In this document: positions 43,021 through 52,610 of the stretch, piece by piece
Layout: the number at the start of each line of letters is the position of its first letter
Numbering within the stretch: position 1 is the stretch's first letter
Origin: Thiolinea sp.
GTDB taxonomy: Bacteria; Pseudomonadota; Gammaproteobacteria; Thiotrichales; Thiotrichaceae
Direction: 5' to 3'
NCBI GenBank assembly: GCA_035391465.1
Contig: DAOPKY010000007.1
Span: forward strand, 19,847-83,846
Length of the DNA: 64,000 bases
Position numbers and translations under genes: made by a program
The notes under the pieces: generated by a model
Databases searched by the model: none
What the model was told of the DNA's origin: nothing
Seen by the model: only the letters and a program-made list of their open reading frames with translations

Positions 43021-44240
43021 TTGACCGTCCTGGTGACCCGGTTTCCGACTGGCAGGAGTCTGATCCACCCCCGCAAACGGCCTCCAGCGTTCGGGGTGCC
43101 GGGTTTGCCCTGTTTATTGCCTTTCTGGCCCTGTTCCTGAGTGTGGCCGGTATTTCCGCCGGTTATCGCCATTGGCAGCGCATGCATGACATGGCCAAGG
43201 CCAATGCCGCCGCCATTGCCGGATTGACTGGTGCACTGGCATCCCGTGCCGACCAGCAGGGACAGGAGCAGCTGCTGGCCAGAGTCACCGGTCTTGAGCA
43301 GCAGCTGGCCGACGGGGCCGGGCGGCTGCAGCAGATGCAGGAACTGGAAGGCCGGGTACGGCGTTATGCTGAAAATGTGGATACTCAGGTCCGGCAGCTG
43401 GCGACCCGGCAGCAACAGGCCAGTGCTCTGGCCACCCTGGCGGTACCGGAGGACCTGACCCTGATGGAGGTTGGGCTGATGCTGCAGGTTGCTGTGCGTA
43501 ACTGGGAGCAGTCCCATGATGTGCAGGCGACGCTGGCCCTGCTACAGCAGGCAGACCGGCGTCTGACCGGCTCGGGGCTGGCAGCGGTATTGCCCCTGCG
43601 TGAGCAGCTGGCGACTGATATGCTGGCACTGGAGCAGCTCACGAGACCGGATCCGGCGCAGATCAGTGCCGATATCAGCTGGCTGCAGCATGAGCTGGAG
43701 CGGCAGCAGCAGGACTGGCTGGAAAAGGGGGCATCCAGAGCGATGTCTGAAAAAGCTGTCCGCCCGTCTTCGGCAGGGAATGACACCCCTGCTGCTGCCG
43801 GAGACAGGCCGCCAGCACCGTCCGCCGGGGACAGTGTGTCCGGTGAAACGGATGAGACCTTGTGGGGTAGTTACAAGCAGCGCATGCTTGAGGTATTGCA
43901 GCAGAGTGTGGTAGTACGCCAGAACGGACGCCTGCTGGGGCAGCCGCTGGAGCTGGAGTTGCAGCAACAGGTGCTGTTGCTGCTGCAGCTGCGTCTGGAG
44001 GCACTGCGCCTGCTGGCGCTGCAGGCCCGTGACCATCCCTTTCATGACCAGATTGCCCTGATTCGTCAAGACTTGCGCGCCTTTTATCCCGAGTCGGTCT
44101 GGCGTCACCTGCTGGGACGGCTGGATGCGCTGGACCGGTTGGAGCTGGAGCCGGAATGGCCGGATATTTCCGGCAGCCTGAGCGAGCTGGAGCGTCTACG
44201 CCGCTCTCCTGCCGTGCTTTCGACCAGGGAGAAGCCATGA
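43017..44240 (+). CDS. hemX: HemX-family membrane protein
   Basis: N-terminal TM helix then a long Gln/Leu-rich coiled-coil region; position after hemD. Confidence 0.8.
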   Translation: MIDRPGDPVSDWQESDPPPQTASSVRGAGFALFIAFLALFLSVAGISAGYRHWQRMHDMAKANAAAIAGLTGALASRADQQGQEQLLARVTGLEQQLADGAGRLQQMQELEGRVRRYAENVDTQVRQLATRQQQASALATLAVPEDLTLMEVGLMLQVAVRNWEQSHDVQATLALLQQADRRLTGSGLAAVLPLREQLATDMLALEQLTRPDPAQISADISWLQHELERQQQDWLEKGASRAMSEKAVRPSSAGNDTPAAAGDRPPAPSAGDSVSGETDETLWGSYKQRMLEVLQQSVVVRQNGRLLGQPLELELQQQVLLLLQLRLEALRLLALQARDHPFHDQIALIRQDLRAFYPESVWRHLLGRLDALDRLELEPEWPDISGSLSELERLRRSPAVLSTREKP

Positions 44241-45484
44241 TACGTACGTTGCTGGTATTGCTGATTCTGGGCGGTGTGGTCTACTTGCTGATGGAAACAG
44301 TGCTGTCCCAGCAGGGAAATGCGGTTATCAGCTGGGGGGTCTGGAGTGTGGAGATGCGCACCGCCACCCTGGCATTGGCTGTATTTGTCATGGCCCTGCT
44401 ATTTCATGTTTTTGTCACCCTGCTGCATCAGCTGCTGGGGCTGCGCAAGCGTCTGCAGCGCCGGCAGCAGGCGCGTCTGACCAGCCGTGCCAACCGCAAC
44501 CTGAGTCTGGGGCTGATGCAGATGGCCGAAGGAGACTGGGACAAGGCGGAAAAACAGCTGGCCGATCATGCCGATTACAGTGAAACCCCGTTCCTGAACT
44601 ATCTGGCTGCTGCACGGGCGGCACACAAGGTGCAGGCACCGGAACGCCGGGATGCGATGCTGAGCAAGGCGCTGGCCAGCGATCCCAAATCGCGTCTGGC
44701 GGTCGGTGTGTCACAGGCGGAAATGTTGCTGGATGACGGGCTGCTGGAGCAGGCCCAGCATACCCTGGCCAGCCTGCGTGAACTTTCGCCTCGCAATACC
44801 CATGTGCTGAAGCTGCTGGCACGTACATTGTACCGGCAGGAAAACTGGGAGGGATTGCTGGAGCTGATGCCGGACCTGCTCAAGCATGACCTGCTGGCTT
44901 CATCGGAACGCATGCAGGCCCTGCAGGGGGCGGCACTTCGGGGGCTGTTTGACAAATATGCCCGGCGTCAGGACCGGGAGATGATGCAGTATCTCTGGGG
45001 CAAGGTGCCGGCTGCCATCCGGGAGCAGCCCGAGGCCATGGTGGTCTATGCTTCGGCCCTGCATGAGGCGGGGGCGGATGCGGAGTGTGCCCGGTTCATT
45101 AATACCGTGCACTCCCGTCAGTGGGTGGCCGGGCTGGCTGCACTTTATGGCCGTATCCGGCACCCGAAGCTCGATGCGGCGATCGTGCAGGCGGAGCAGT
45201 GGCTGGTGCGTCAGCCGGATAATCCGGTTAATCTGTTGCTGCTGGGACGCCTGCACCGTGAACAGATGCTGTGGGGGGTGGCCAAGTCTTATTATGAAAC
45301 CAGCCTCAATCAGGCTCCGGATGCGGAAGGGTATCTGGAACTGGCGGAGATGCTGGAAAACATGAACGAGCCGGATAATGCCGCGCTGTGCTACCGGGTG
45401 GGGTTGCGTTACAGCATTCTGAGAAAGGGGGAGCGGCTGTTGCTGGCACCTTCCCGACGTAACCGGCGGGTGGCTGAGGGATGA
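44237..45484 (+). CDS. hemY: HemY-family TPR membrane protein
   Basis: Start at the ATG overlapping the hemX stop (ATGA). Two N-terminal TM helices then TPR-like repeats. Confidence 0.85.
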   Translation: MIRTLLVLLILGGVVYLLMETVLSQQGNAVISWGVWSVEMRTATLALAVFVMALLFHVFVTLLHQLLGLRKRLQRRQQARLTSRANRNLSLGLMQMAEGDWDKAEKQLADHADYSETPFLNYLAAARAAHKVQAPERRDAMLSKALASDPKSRLAVGVSQAEMLLDDGLLEQAQHTLASLRELSPRNTHVLKLLARTLYRQENWEGLLELMPDLLKHDLLASSERMQALQGAALRGLFDKYARRQDREMMQYLWGKVPAAIREQPEAMVVYASALHEAGADAECARFINTVHSRQWVAGLAALYGRIRHPKLDAAIVQAEQWLVRQPDNPVNLLLLGRLHREQMLWGVAKSYYETSLNQAPDAEGYLELAEMLENMNEPDNAALCYRVGLRYSILRKGERLLLAPSRRNRRVAEG

Positions 45485-45539
45485 ATGTTTTTACATGTGA
45501 GTTGCGGTTATTCTGCTGGTGTGCCCTTATTTGGACTCG

Positions 45540-45659
45540 ATGAAATATCAACAGAACCTAGCCTATGAAGTTGTTGATGATGAACTGTTTGTGTATGTGC
45601 TTGCCGTAGGCAAGCGGGAAAAGGGCAAGGTTTACTCGTCTCTTAAAAAGCGAACATGA
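45540..45659 (+). pseudogene. Truncated RelE/ParE-family toxin remnant (C-terminal ~39 codons)
   Basis: MKYQQNLAYEVVDDELFVYVLAVGKREKGKVYSSLKKRT* parallels the E. coli RelE C-terminus (GYRLVYQVIDEKVVVFVISVGKRERSEVYSEAVKRIL). The N-terminal ~55 aa and any antitoxin gene are absent. Confidence 0.5.
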
Positions 45660-45932
45660 CATGCTGCAGAGCAGGCGCAGGCATAACAGTTGGTTGTAAC
45701 AGGCGCAGGTTTACTGCGTTGTTGAACGCGGGCGTTTCAAGGTGACTGACCAGTCAGCACGATTTTGATCCAGTAACTCATTGATTCTGGCTTGCCATGC
45801 TGCCAAGTGATGCCACAATGGTCGTGATTCAGCTTTTCTGGATGTTCACTCGCACTGTAAATAATTGATTTACAACATGTAATTTCTTACCTTAAAAAGG
45901 TTGACTTCAGCTTAAAACTGAAACGTCCCAAA

Positions 45933-45954
45933 GGCGATTACCGCAGTAATCGCC
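45933..45954 (-). terminator. Intrinsic terminator downstream of the malic enzyme gene
   Basis: Perfect 9-bp stem GGCGATTAC / GTAATCGCC with a 4-nt loop, followed on the minus strand by TTTGGGACGTTT. Confidence 0.6.
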
Positions 45955-45979
45955 CCCGATATTACCTGATAAGCCCGTC

Positions 45980-47209
45980 TCAGGATTTATTGATGCGGGC
46001 CACACCGGTTTCAACCGCCGCACGTGCCACAGCCGCCGGAATGCGGTCGCGCAGGCGGGGATCGAACGGGGTCGGAATAATGTATTCCTTGCCGAAACTC
46101 ATGGCCTTGCGTCCATAGGCATCCAGTACTGTCTGCGGCACGGCTTCACGCGCCAGTGCAGCCAGTGCGTGCACGGCAGCCAGTTTCATTTCCAGGTTAA
46201 AGCTTCGTGCCCGTACATCCAGCGCCCCCCGGAACAGGTAGGGGAAACCCAGTACGTTGTTGATCTGATTGGGGTAGTCGCTGCGTCCGGTGGCCATGAT
46301 CAGGTCGTCGCGGGTCTGCAGCGCCAGAGCCGGCACGATTTCCGGATTGGGGTTGGACAGCGCGAACACAATCGGATTAGCTGCCATGCTCTGCAGCATC
46401 TGCGGTGTCAGAATGTCGGGACCGGATACGCCGATGAAGACATCTGCACCATCACAGGCATCTTCCAGGGTCCGCTTGTCGGTCTCCAGGGCATAACGTG
46501 CCTTGTACTGATTCAGGTCATCCCGTTTCGAGTGGATCACACCCTTACGGTCGATCATGTAGATATTGTCCTTGCTTGCCCCCAGAGCGGTCAGCAGGTC
46601 CATGGAGGCAATACCGGCAGCTCCGGCCCCCACACAGACGATTTTGGCTTCTGCCATGGTCTTGCCCTGCAGCTCCAGGGCATTGATGAGGCCCGCACTC
46701 AGGATGACAGCGGTACCGTGCTGGTCATCATGGAAGACCGGAATATCGAGCATGGCCTGCAGGCGTTCCTCGATTTCAAAGCAGCGCGGAGCGGAAATAT
46801 CCTCCAGATTGATGCCACCGAAGGAGCCGGCGATATGCTTGACCGTACTGATGAATGCTTCCGTGTCCTGGGTGGAAACTTCGATATCGAACACATCAAC
46901 ACCCGCGAAGGCCTTGAACAGCACCCCTTTGCCTTCCATGACCGGCTTGCCGGCCAGCGCACCGACATTTCCCAGCCCCAGTACGGCAGAACCATCGGTG
47001 ATGACTGCGACCAGATTGCCTTTACTGGTGTAAAGGTAGGCGTTTTCCGGGTCCTTGTGGATTTCCTTGACCGGCTCGGCTACGCCCGGCGTATAGGCCA
47101 GTGACAGATCGTTCTGTGTGGCTGTCGGCTTGGTGATCTGGATGGCCACTTTGCCGGGACGGGGTTCGGCATGGTACTTGAGGGCGTCCTGGCGCAATTT
47201 GTGAGTCAT
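45980..47209 (-). CDS. maeB: NAD(P)-dependent malic enzyme (short form, no PTA-like domain)
   Basis: MTHKLRQDALKYHAEPRPGKVAIQITKPTATQNDLSLAYTPGVA... is typical of MaeB N-terminal halves; start behind GGAGGAG. Confidence 0.92.
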   Translation of the reverse strand: MTHKLRQDALKYHAEPRPGKVAIQITKPTATQNDLSLAYTPGVAEPVKEIHKDPENAYLYTSKGNLVAVITDGSAVLGLGNVGALAGKPVMEGKGVLFKAFAGVDVFDIEVSTQDTEAFISTVKHIAGSFGGINLEDISAPRCFEIEERLQAMLDIPVFHDDQHGTAVILSAGLINALELQGKTMAEAKIVCVGAGAAGIASMDLLTALGASKDNIYMIDRKGVIHSKRDDLNQYKARYALETDKRTLEDACDGADVFIGVSGPDILTPQMLQSMAANPIVFALSNPNPEIVPALALQTRDDLIMATGRSDYPNQINNVLGFPYLFRGALDVRARSFNLEMKLAAVHALAALAREAVPQTVLDAYGRKAMSFGKEYIIPTPFDPRLRDRIPAAVARAAVETGVARINKS

Positions 47210-47274
47210 GTTGTTCTCCTCCGTAGGGGGTAGGCCGGTCGCACCCTGGCTCAGACGGGCCAACCGGGAAAAAT

Positions 47275-47303
47275 AAAAAAGCGTCCGGTGGGACGCTTTT
47301 TTT
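47275..47303. terminator. Bidirectional intrinsic terminator (serves rpmE2)
   Basis: GCGTCC / GGACGC stem flanked by AAAAAA and TTTTTTT. Confidence 0.65.
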
Positions 47304-47347
47304 ATAATATTTCAACGGACAATGCACGCATTTCCGCAGCTTGACAA

Positions 47348-47593
47348 TTATTTTCCGCGCGAGAAACGGCGATTGAACTTGTCGATCTGGCCTGCGGTGC
47401 TGGCGATGGCCTGCTTGCCGGTATAGAACGGGTGGGACTGGCTGGAGATTTCCACCTTGACCAGCGGATACTGTTTGCCTTCGTAATCGATGGTGTCACC
47501 GGAGGATACCGTGGAGCGGGTCAGAAAGGTGAAGCCGCTGGCGAGATCCTGAAATACGACTTCTCTATAATTGGGATGAATACCGGGCTTCAT
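47348..47593 (-). CDS. rpmE2: 50S ribosomal protein L31, type B (no zinc-binding CxxC)
   Basis: [16 protein letters not shown]...SHPFYTGKQ... resembles E. coli YkgM-type L31 and has no Cys residues. Confidence 0.9.
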   Translation of the reverse strand: MKPGIHPNYREVVFQDLASGFTFLTRSTVSSGDTIDYEGKQYPLVKVEISSQSHPFYTGKQAIASTAGQIDKFNRRFSRGK

Positions 47594-47792
47594 GTCTAAA
47601 GCGTCCTTAAATGATGTACTTGGCTTACGAAAAGGGCGCTATCATAACAAAGGCGCTTCACCGGCTGCAATCATTATTTCCGTGGTGGTGACCGGGGCTG
47701 CTGCCGGTCACCCGGTTGGCGGCATTCACCCCCGATCCGGCCGGCCGGCTTATAATCCGCTGTCTTGTTTATCCGTCTGCAGGCCAATAAAA

Positions 47793-47972
47793 ATGAAAAA
47801 CATCCTGTTCTCCACCCTCATCCTGTGTGGTGCCCTCATGCTGCAGGGCTGTGTCGGTCTGGTGATCGGTACCGCCACCGATGCGGCCATTGCGGTTGCC
47901 AAGGTACCGTTCAAGGTCGGCGGTGCGGTCATTGATGTCGTGGCAGGGGACGAGGAAGATGAAGAAGATTAA
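47793..47972 (+). CDS. Small putative lipoprotein with acidic C-terminal tail
   Basis: Internal Met of track ORF 47592..47972. MKNILFSTLILCGALMLQGC has an LQGC lipobox, and the protein ends GDEEDEED. TATAAT at 47751-47756 upstream. Confidence 0.5.
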   Translation: MKNILFSTLILCGALMLQGCVGLVIGTATDAAIAVAKVPFKVGGAVIDVVAGDEEDEED

Positions 47973-49261
47973 CCGCGTTCACGCGCAATCGCCCGGTAGC
48001 CGATGTCGGTGCGGTAATACACATCCGGCCAGTCCAGGGCCCGGACCTGCTCATAGGCTCTGGCCTGGGCCTCCGTGACTGAAGCGCCAAGCCCCACGGC
48101 ACACAGCACCCGCCCGCCCTGGGTGACGACCTGCCCGTCCCTGAGGACTGTCCCGGCATGAAAGACCTTGCCGTCATCACCCGCTTTGGCGGCCTGCGCC
48201 AGCCCCCGGATCACATCACCCTTGCGGTAAGCTTCCGGGTAGCCGCCTGCCGCCAGCACCACACCCAGGGCAGCCCGCTCGTCCCAGTGTGCCGTCACCT
48301 GATCCAGCTGCCCGGCCAGGGCGGCCTCGACCAGTTCCACCAGATCAGACTGCAGGCGCATCATGATTGGCTGGGTTTCCGGATCACCGAAGCGGCAGTT
48401 GAATTCCAGCACTTTAGGCACGCCGTCTGCCCCGATCATGACCCCGGCATACAGGAAACCGGTATAAGGCATGCCATCGGCAGCCATACCTTCCACCGTG
48501 GGCCTGATGACCTCGCGCATGATGCGTTCATGCAGGGCCGGCGTCACGACCGGCGCCGGGGAGTAAGCGCCCATGCCGCCGGTGTTGGGGCCGGTATCGC
48601 CGTTGTCACGCGCCTTGTGGTCCTGTGAACTGGCCATGGGCAGGATATGTTTCCCGTCTGCCATGACAATGAAGCTGGCTTCCTCGCCGTGCAGAAATTC
48701 CTCGATCACCACCCGGTGGCCGGCTTCACCGAAAGCATTGCCGCCCAGCATGTCACGCACCGCCGTTTCGGCTTCAGCCAGACTTTGCGCCAGAATCACC
48801 CCTTTGCCTGCTGCCAGCCCGTCCGCCTTGATCACGATCGGGGCTTGTCGTGTTTGCAGGTAGGCCAGCGCCGGTTCAATGGCGGTGAAATTGGCGTAGG
48901 CTGCGGTGGGAATCCCGTGCCGGGCCAGAAAATCCTTGGCAAAGGCTTTGGAACCTTCCAGCCGGGCTGCGGCCTGGTCGGGGCCGAAGCAGGGCAGGCC
49001 GGCATCGCGGAACGCATCCACAATGCCCAGTACCAGCGGGGCCTCCGGTCCCACAACTGTCAGGCCGACATGCTCATGGCGGGCAGCGGCCAGCAGGCCC
49101 GACACATCATCGGCGTCAATGGCCAGATTACGCACGCCAAGCTCACCGGCAGTACCGGCATTGCCGGGGGCAACCAGCACTTCAGTGACCCGCCGGGATT
49201 GAGCCAGCTTCCATGCCAGTGCATGTTCACGTCCACCACCACCAACCACCATGACTTTCAT
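47969..49261 (-). CDS. purD: Phosphoribosylamine--glycine ligase
   Basis: MKVMVVGGGGREHALAWKLAQS... and an ATP-grasp core. Confidence 0.97.
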   Translation of the reverse strand: MKVMVVGGGGREHALAWKLAQSRRVTEVLVAPGNAGTAGELGVRNLAIDADDVSGLLAAARHEHVGLTVVGPEAPLVLGIVDAFRDAGLPCFGPDQAAARLEGSKAFAKDFLARHGIPTAAYANFTAIEPALAYLQTRQAPIVIKADGLAAGKGVILAQSLAEAETAVRDMLGGNAFGEAGHRVVIEEFLHGEEASFIVMADGKHILPMASSQDHKARDNGDTGPNTGGMGAYSPAPVVTPALHERIMREVIRPTVEGMAADGMPYTGFLYAGVMIGADGVPKVLEFNCRFGDPETQPIMMRLQSDLVELVEAALAGQLDQVTAHWDERAALGVVLAAGGYPEAYRKGDVIRGLAQAAKAGDDGKVFHAGTVLRDGQVVTQGGRVLCAVGLGASVTEAQARAYEQVRALDWPDVYYRTDIGYRAIARERG

Positions 49262-49486
49262 GCCCGAACTCCTGTTGCACTGATCCTGAAAAGCCGACCA
49301 TTAAAACCATATCGGGCACGGGTTTCAAGTTGCAAATCAGCCCCGAAACAGCACCGGCCATGCGGAAAATTCTGCCCCTGATCGTAAAGCGGTTGCTGAA
49401 ACAGAGGGGCAAAGCCAAATACAGGGTATTGCCGGGTGAGTGTCTTTAAACGGTATTCCGAGAAATATTTGATCATGGATGGTTCA

Positions 49487-49843
49487 ATGCAACTCAATCA
49501 TGCAGTCTGTGCCGCACTTGTCCTGACCGGTTTTTCCACCAGTGGCTGTCAGGATTCGCCCTCCTTTGCCAGTACGGTTGCCCCGTTCATCAATGGCCGG
49601 CAGGTGGCGACCGTATACCGGGTCCGGTTACCGGAGAACGGGACAAATGTCCCCTGTTATCGACAGCTGCGGGTGCGCAATGAAGTGAATGCCTGGCTGC
49701 TGGAAGATGACCTGGTTACGCTGGTCGATATGGATGAGGGGATGTATCAGCGTGACGGCGGGTACTGGCTGCATGTGTATCCGCCCCTGTCCCACCGCCC
49801 GACCTGCTTTGTCGATACCCGCTACCTCATTCCCTATCGGTGA
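49487..49843 (+). CDS. Hypothetical putative lipoprotein
   Basis: MQLNHAVCAALVLTGFSTSGC has a signal/lipobox-like N-terminus. No family recognised, and the start is uncertain (ATG 49436, 49475 or 49487). Confidence 0.4.
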   Translation: MQLNHAVCAALVLTGFSTSGCQDSPSFASTVAPFINGRQVATVYRVRLPENGTNVPCYRQLRVRNEVNAWLLEDDLVTLVDMDEGMYQRDGGYWLHVYPPLSHRPTCFVDTRYLIPYR

Positions 49844-49964
49844 ATACGGGTGAGTACGGGGGTGAAAGCGGGCAGTCTGCGGTGATGCTTTAAAGCCGGG
49901 TTGAATGGCGGTGGTTTCTGGTACACTGGCAGCCTGCTTTTTTCCTGAACCCGGAGAGCTGCTC

Positions 49965-50915
49965 ATGCAGGTAACGTTGGCCAATCCACGCGGTTTCTGT
50001 GCCGGTGTCGACCGTGCCATTGAAATTGTCGATCGGGCCCTGGAGATTCTGGGTGCTCCGATTTATGTGCGTCATGAGGTGGTGCACAACCGTTTTGTCG
50101 TGAACAAACTGCGCGCCAGGGGGGCGGTGTTTGTTCAGGAGCTGGATGAAGTACCGGATCAGGCAACCGTGATCTTCAGCGCCCACGGGGTATCCAGGGC
50201 AGTGCAGCAGGAGGCCCGGCGGCGCGGCCTGCGGGTGTTTGATGCCACCTGCCCGCTGGTGACCAAGGTGCATGTCGAGGTTGAACGCTACAGCCGGGAA
50301 GGACGCGAAACCATCCTGATCGGGCACAAGAACCATCCCGAGGTTGAGGGAACCATGGGGCAGTATGATACCCGTCATGGCGGGCGTATCTACCGGGTCG
50401 ATTCTGCTGCGGAAGTGGCAGCACTGGCGGTGCTGAACCCGCAGCGGCTGGCTTATGTGACCCAGACCACCCTGTCCATGGATGATGCCGCGATTGTGAT
50501 TGAAGCGCTGCGCACCCGCTTTCCGGCCATTATCGGGCCAAAAAAGGATGACATCTGTTACGCCACCCAGAATCGTCAGGATGCGCTCAAGCAGCTGGTG
50601 GAGGATTCGGACCTGATTCTGGTGGTGGGCTCACCCAACAGCTCCAATTCCAACCGGCTGCGCGAGATTGCGGAAAAACGCGGGGTACCGGCCTATCTGA
50701 TTGATGATGCCAGAGACATTCAGGATGACTGGCTGGAAAACCAGCCCCGGATCGGGGTGACAGCCGGAGCATCCGCACCGGAAGTACTGGTCGATGGCGT
50801 GATTTCCCATCTGCGCGAGCGTGGTGCAACGGTGCAGATTCAGGATTCGGGTATTGTCGAACATGTGGTGTTTGTCCTGCCCAAAGCACTGCGGTCGGTG
50901 TCTACTTCCGGGTAG
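49965..50915 (+). CDS. ispH: 4-hydroxy-3-methylbut-2-enyl diphosphate reductase
   Basis: [22 protein letters not shown]... is the conserved IspH N-terminus, with the three cluster Cys regions. Confidence 0.95.
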   Translation: MQVTLANPRGFCAGVDRAIEIVDRALEILGAPIYVRHEVVHNRFVVNKLRARGAVFVQELDEVPDQATVIFSAHGVSRAVQQEARRRGLRVFDATCPLVTKVHVEVERYSREGRETILIGHKNHPEVEGTMGQYDTRHGGRIYRVDSAAEVAALAVLNPQRLAYVTQTTLSMDDAAIVIEALRTRFPAIIGPKKDDICYATQNRQDALKQLVEDSDLILVVGSPNSSNSNRLREIAEKRGVPAYLIDDARDIQDDWLENQPRIGVTAGASAPEVLVDGVISHLRERGATVQIQDSGIVEHVVFVLPKALRSVSTSG

Positions 50916-51090
50916 TGCTGCCTGCACCTTCCTGCCGCTTTATTCGGCTACCGAAGCTCCCGTACCAGTGACCGTATATCGGTTGCCGGCCCCGAAATGA
51001 TCAGGAGCTATTACATTCATAAGTAACGGGCTGTCTGTCCTCAGTGGCCTGCATTATACCAAACAGGATTGAATGAAAAGGAGCTTCATT

Positions 51091-51378
51091 ATGTCGATCA
51101 CGACCTGGAAATTACGCGGAGCCGGTCTTGTCCTGATCATTGGCACTGCCGTTCTGACCACCACCCTGCCGTCACGGACAGAGGCTGCCGGTTATTACAA
51201 CCGGTGCCCGGCACTGGCACAGACGCTGGGCATGAAAGTCAGCCGCCTCAAGCAGATGGCTGCCCAGCGCCGCATGCAGGGTGATTATTACGGCGAGCGC
51301 CGCCTGCTCAGTACTGCGAATGTCATCAGCGCCCACCGGGGCAACCTGCCGTGCGTTAACCGCCGGACCTGTGGCTGA
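51091..51378 (+). CDS. Hypothetical small secreted Cys-containing protein
   Basis: AAGGAG (51078-51083), 7 nt, ATG 51091. Hydrophobic signal-like segment LVLIIGTAVLTTTLPSRTEA. No family recognised. Confidence 0.4.
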   Translation: MSITTWKLRGAGLVLIIGTAVLTTTLPSRTEAAGYYNRCPALAQTLGMKVSRLKQMAAQRRMQGDYYGERRLLSTANVISAHRGNLPCVNRRTCG

Positions 51379-52048
51379 GCGGTACTGAAACCGCAAAGTC
51401 AAAGTCATGCTGCATGACCTTGGTCAGACAGGGCAGCACCACATGACCAAGGCGTCTGAATTCCTGGTCTGGTTCCACCAGATCAGGAATCTGCACCACG
51501 GTCATGCCGGCTCCCAGTGCCGCCCGAACGCCATTCTCCGAATCCTCCAGTGCCAGACAGGCTGAAGCCGGTACCGCCAGCAGGGTGGCAGCACGCAGGT
51601 AGCTATCGGGAGCCGGTTTGCCGTGCTCCACCTGATCCCCGCCTACCACCAACCTGAAATAATCCAGAATGCCGACTGACTGCAGCCTTTTTTGTGCGAC
51701 TGCCGTCACGCTGGATGTGACGACGGCCATGGGACGCTCCAGCTGCTGCAGCCGGGGCAGCAGTTCGGTGACGCCGGGTTTGAGCGGGATCGGGCCTGCT
51801 CCCTGGATCCGGTGATGGCGGGTGTTCCAGTCGCTCATGAAGGCATCAAAATCAATCCTGTGGGCCAGTGCCGCATGGAGGATGCACCGGGTGGCTGGTG
51901 CATTGACACCGATACAGCGCCGAAACAGGGCATGCTGCTCCGGCAGGCCGAAGGCGGTACAGCTTTCCAGAAAGCTTTCCAGCGCGAGGCGCTCACTGTC
52001 GATCAGCAGGCCGTCCATGTCGAAGAGGAAAGCGGCAAATGATTCCAT
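51356..52048 (-). CDS. HAD-superfamily hydrolase (beta-phosphoglucomutase/phosphatase-like subfamily IA)
   Basis: Start at MESFAAFLFDMDGLLIDSE (DxDG motif I). Later motifs: VVTSS, and a C-terminal Asp region EDSENG. Confidence 0.8.
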   Translation of the reverse strand: MESFAAFLFDMDGLLIDSERLALESFLESCTAFGLPEQHALFRRCIGVNAPATRCILHAALAHRIDFDAFMSDWNTRHHRIQGAGPIPLKPGVTELLPRLQQLERPMAVVTSSVTAVAQKRLQSVGILDYFRLVVGGDQVEHGKPAPDSYLRAATLLAVPASACLALEDSENGVRAALGAGMTVVQIPDLVEPDQEFRRLGHVVLPCLTKVMQHDFDFAVSVPLSHRSGG

Positions 52049-52126
52049 GTGCGTTTGATGTAAAACGTTCAAAAGCGGCATGATTGCATATAATATTGGC
52101 GTTTTTCCACTGTCAGGGGTGAGTTC

Positions 52127-52558
52127 ATGTCTGGATTGCGACCGTTTCATCTGGCCGTTCCCGTGCGTGATATGGCTGAAAGCCGGGCTTTTTATGGCGG
52201 ACTGCTCGGGTTTGCCGAAGGGCGCAGCGCCCCGGAGTGGGTGGACTGGAACTGCTACGGGCATCAGCTGGTGACACACCTTGATCCCGGTCTGGGACCG
52301 GAGGGCCGGGTGGCGCTGCATTACAATGGCGTGGATGGCAAGGGGGTGCCGGTACCGCATTTCGGTGTGGTGCTGACCCGGACAGACTGGGAGGCACTGG
52401 CCGGGCGCTTGCGGGGGCAGGTTGAGTTCGTGATCGAGCCTTATACCCGCTTCAAAGGCGAGACCGGTGAGCAGTCAACGCTGTTTTTCCTGGATCCTTC
52501 CTGTAATGCACTGGAATTCAAGGCCTTTGCCGATTTGTCTCAACTGTTTGCCCGCTGA
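52127..52558 (+). CDS. VOC-family (glyoxalase/bleomycin-resistance/dioxygenase fold) protein
   Basis: PFHLAVPVRDMAESRAFYGGLLGF... is the typical VOC N-terminal beta-alpha-beta module. Confidence 0.7.
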   Translation: MSGLRPFHLAVPVRDMAESRAFYGGLLGFAEGRSAPEWVDWNCYGHQLVTHLDPGLGPEGRVALHYNGVDGKGVPVPHFGVVLTRTDWEALAGRLRGQVEFVIEPYTRFKGETGEQSTLFFLDPSCNALEFKAFADLSQLFAR

Positions 52559-52610
52559 TCCTTTCGGATCGGGAGCAGTTTTTCATGGCGTCAGAAGGCA
52601 GGAGGGGGAG

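Noticed and set aside
47594-47680. Zur box upstream of the type-B L31 gene.
   Set aside because: Only a half-site-like GTTATGATAGC is present, with no palindromic partner. That is insufficient to call.
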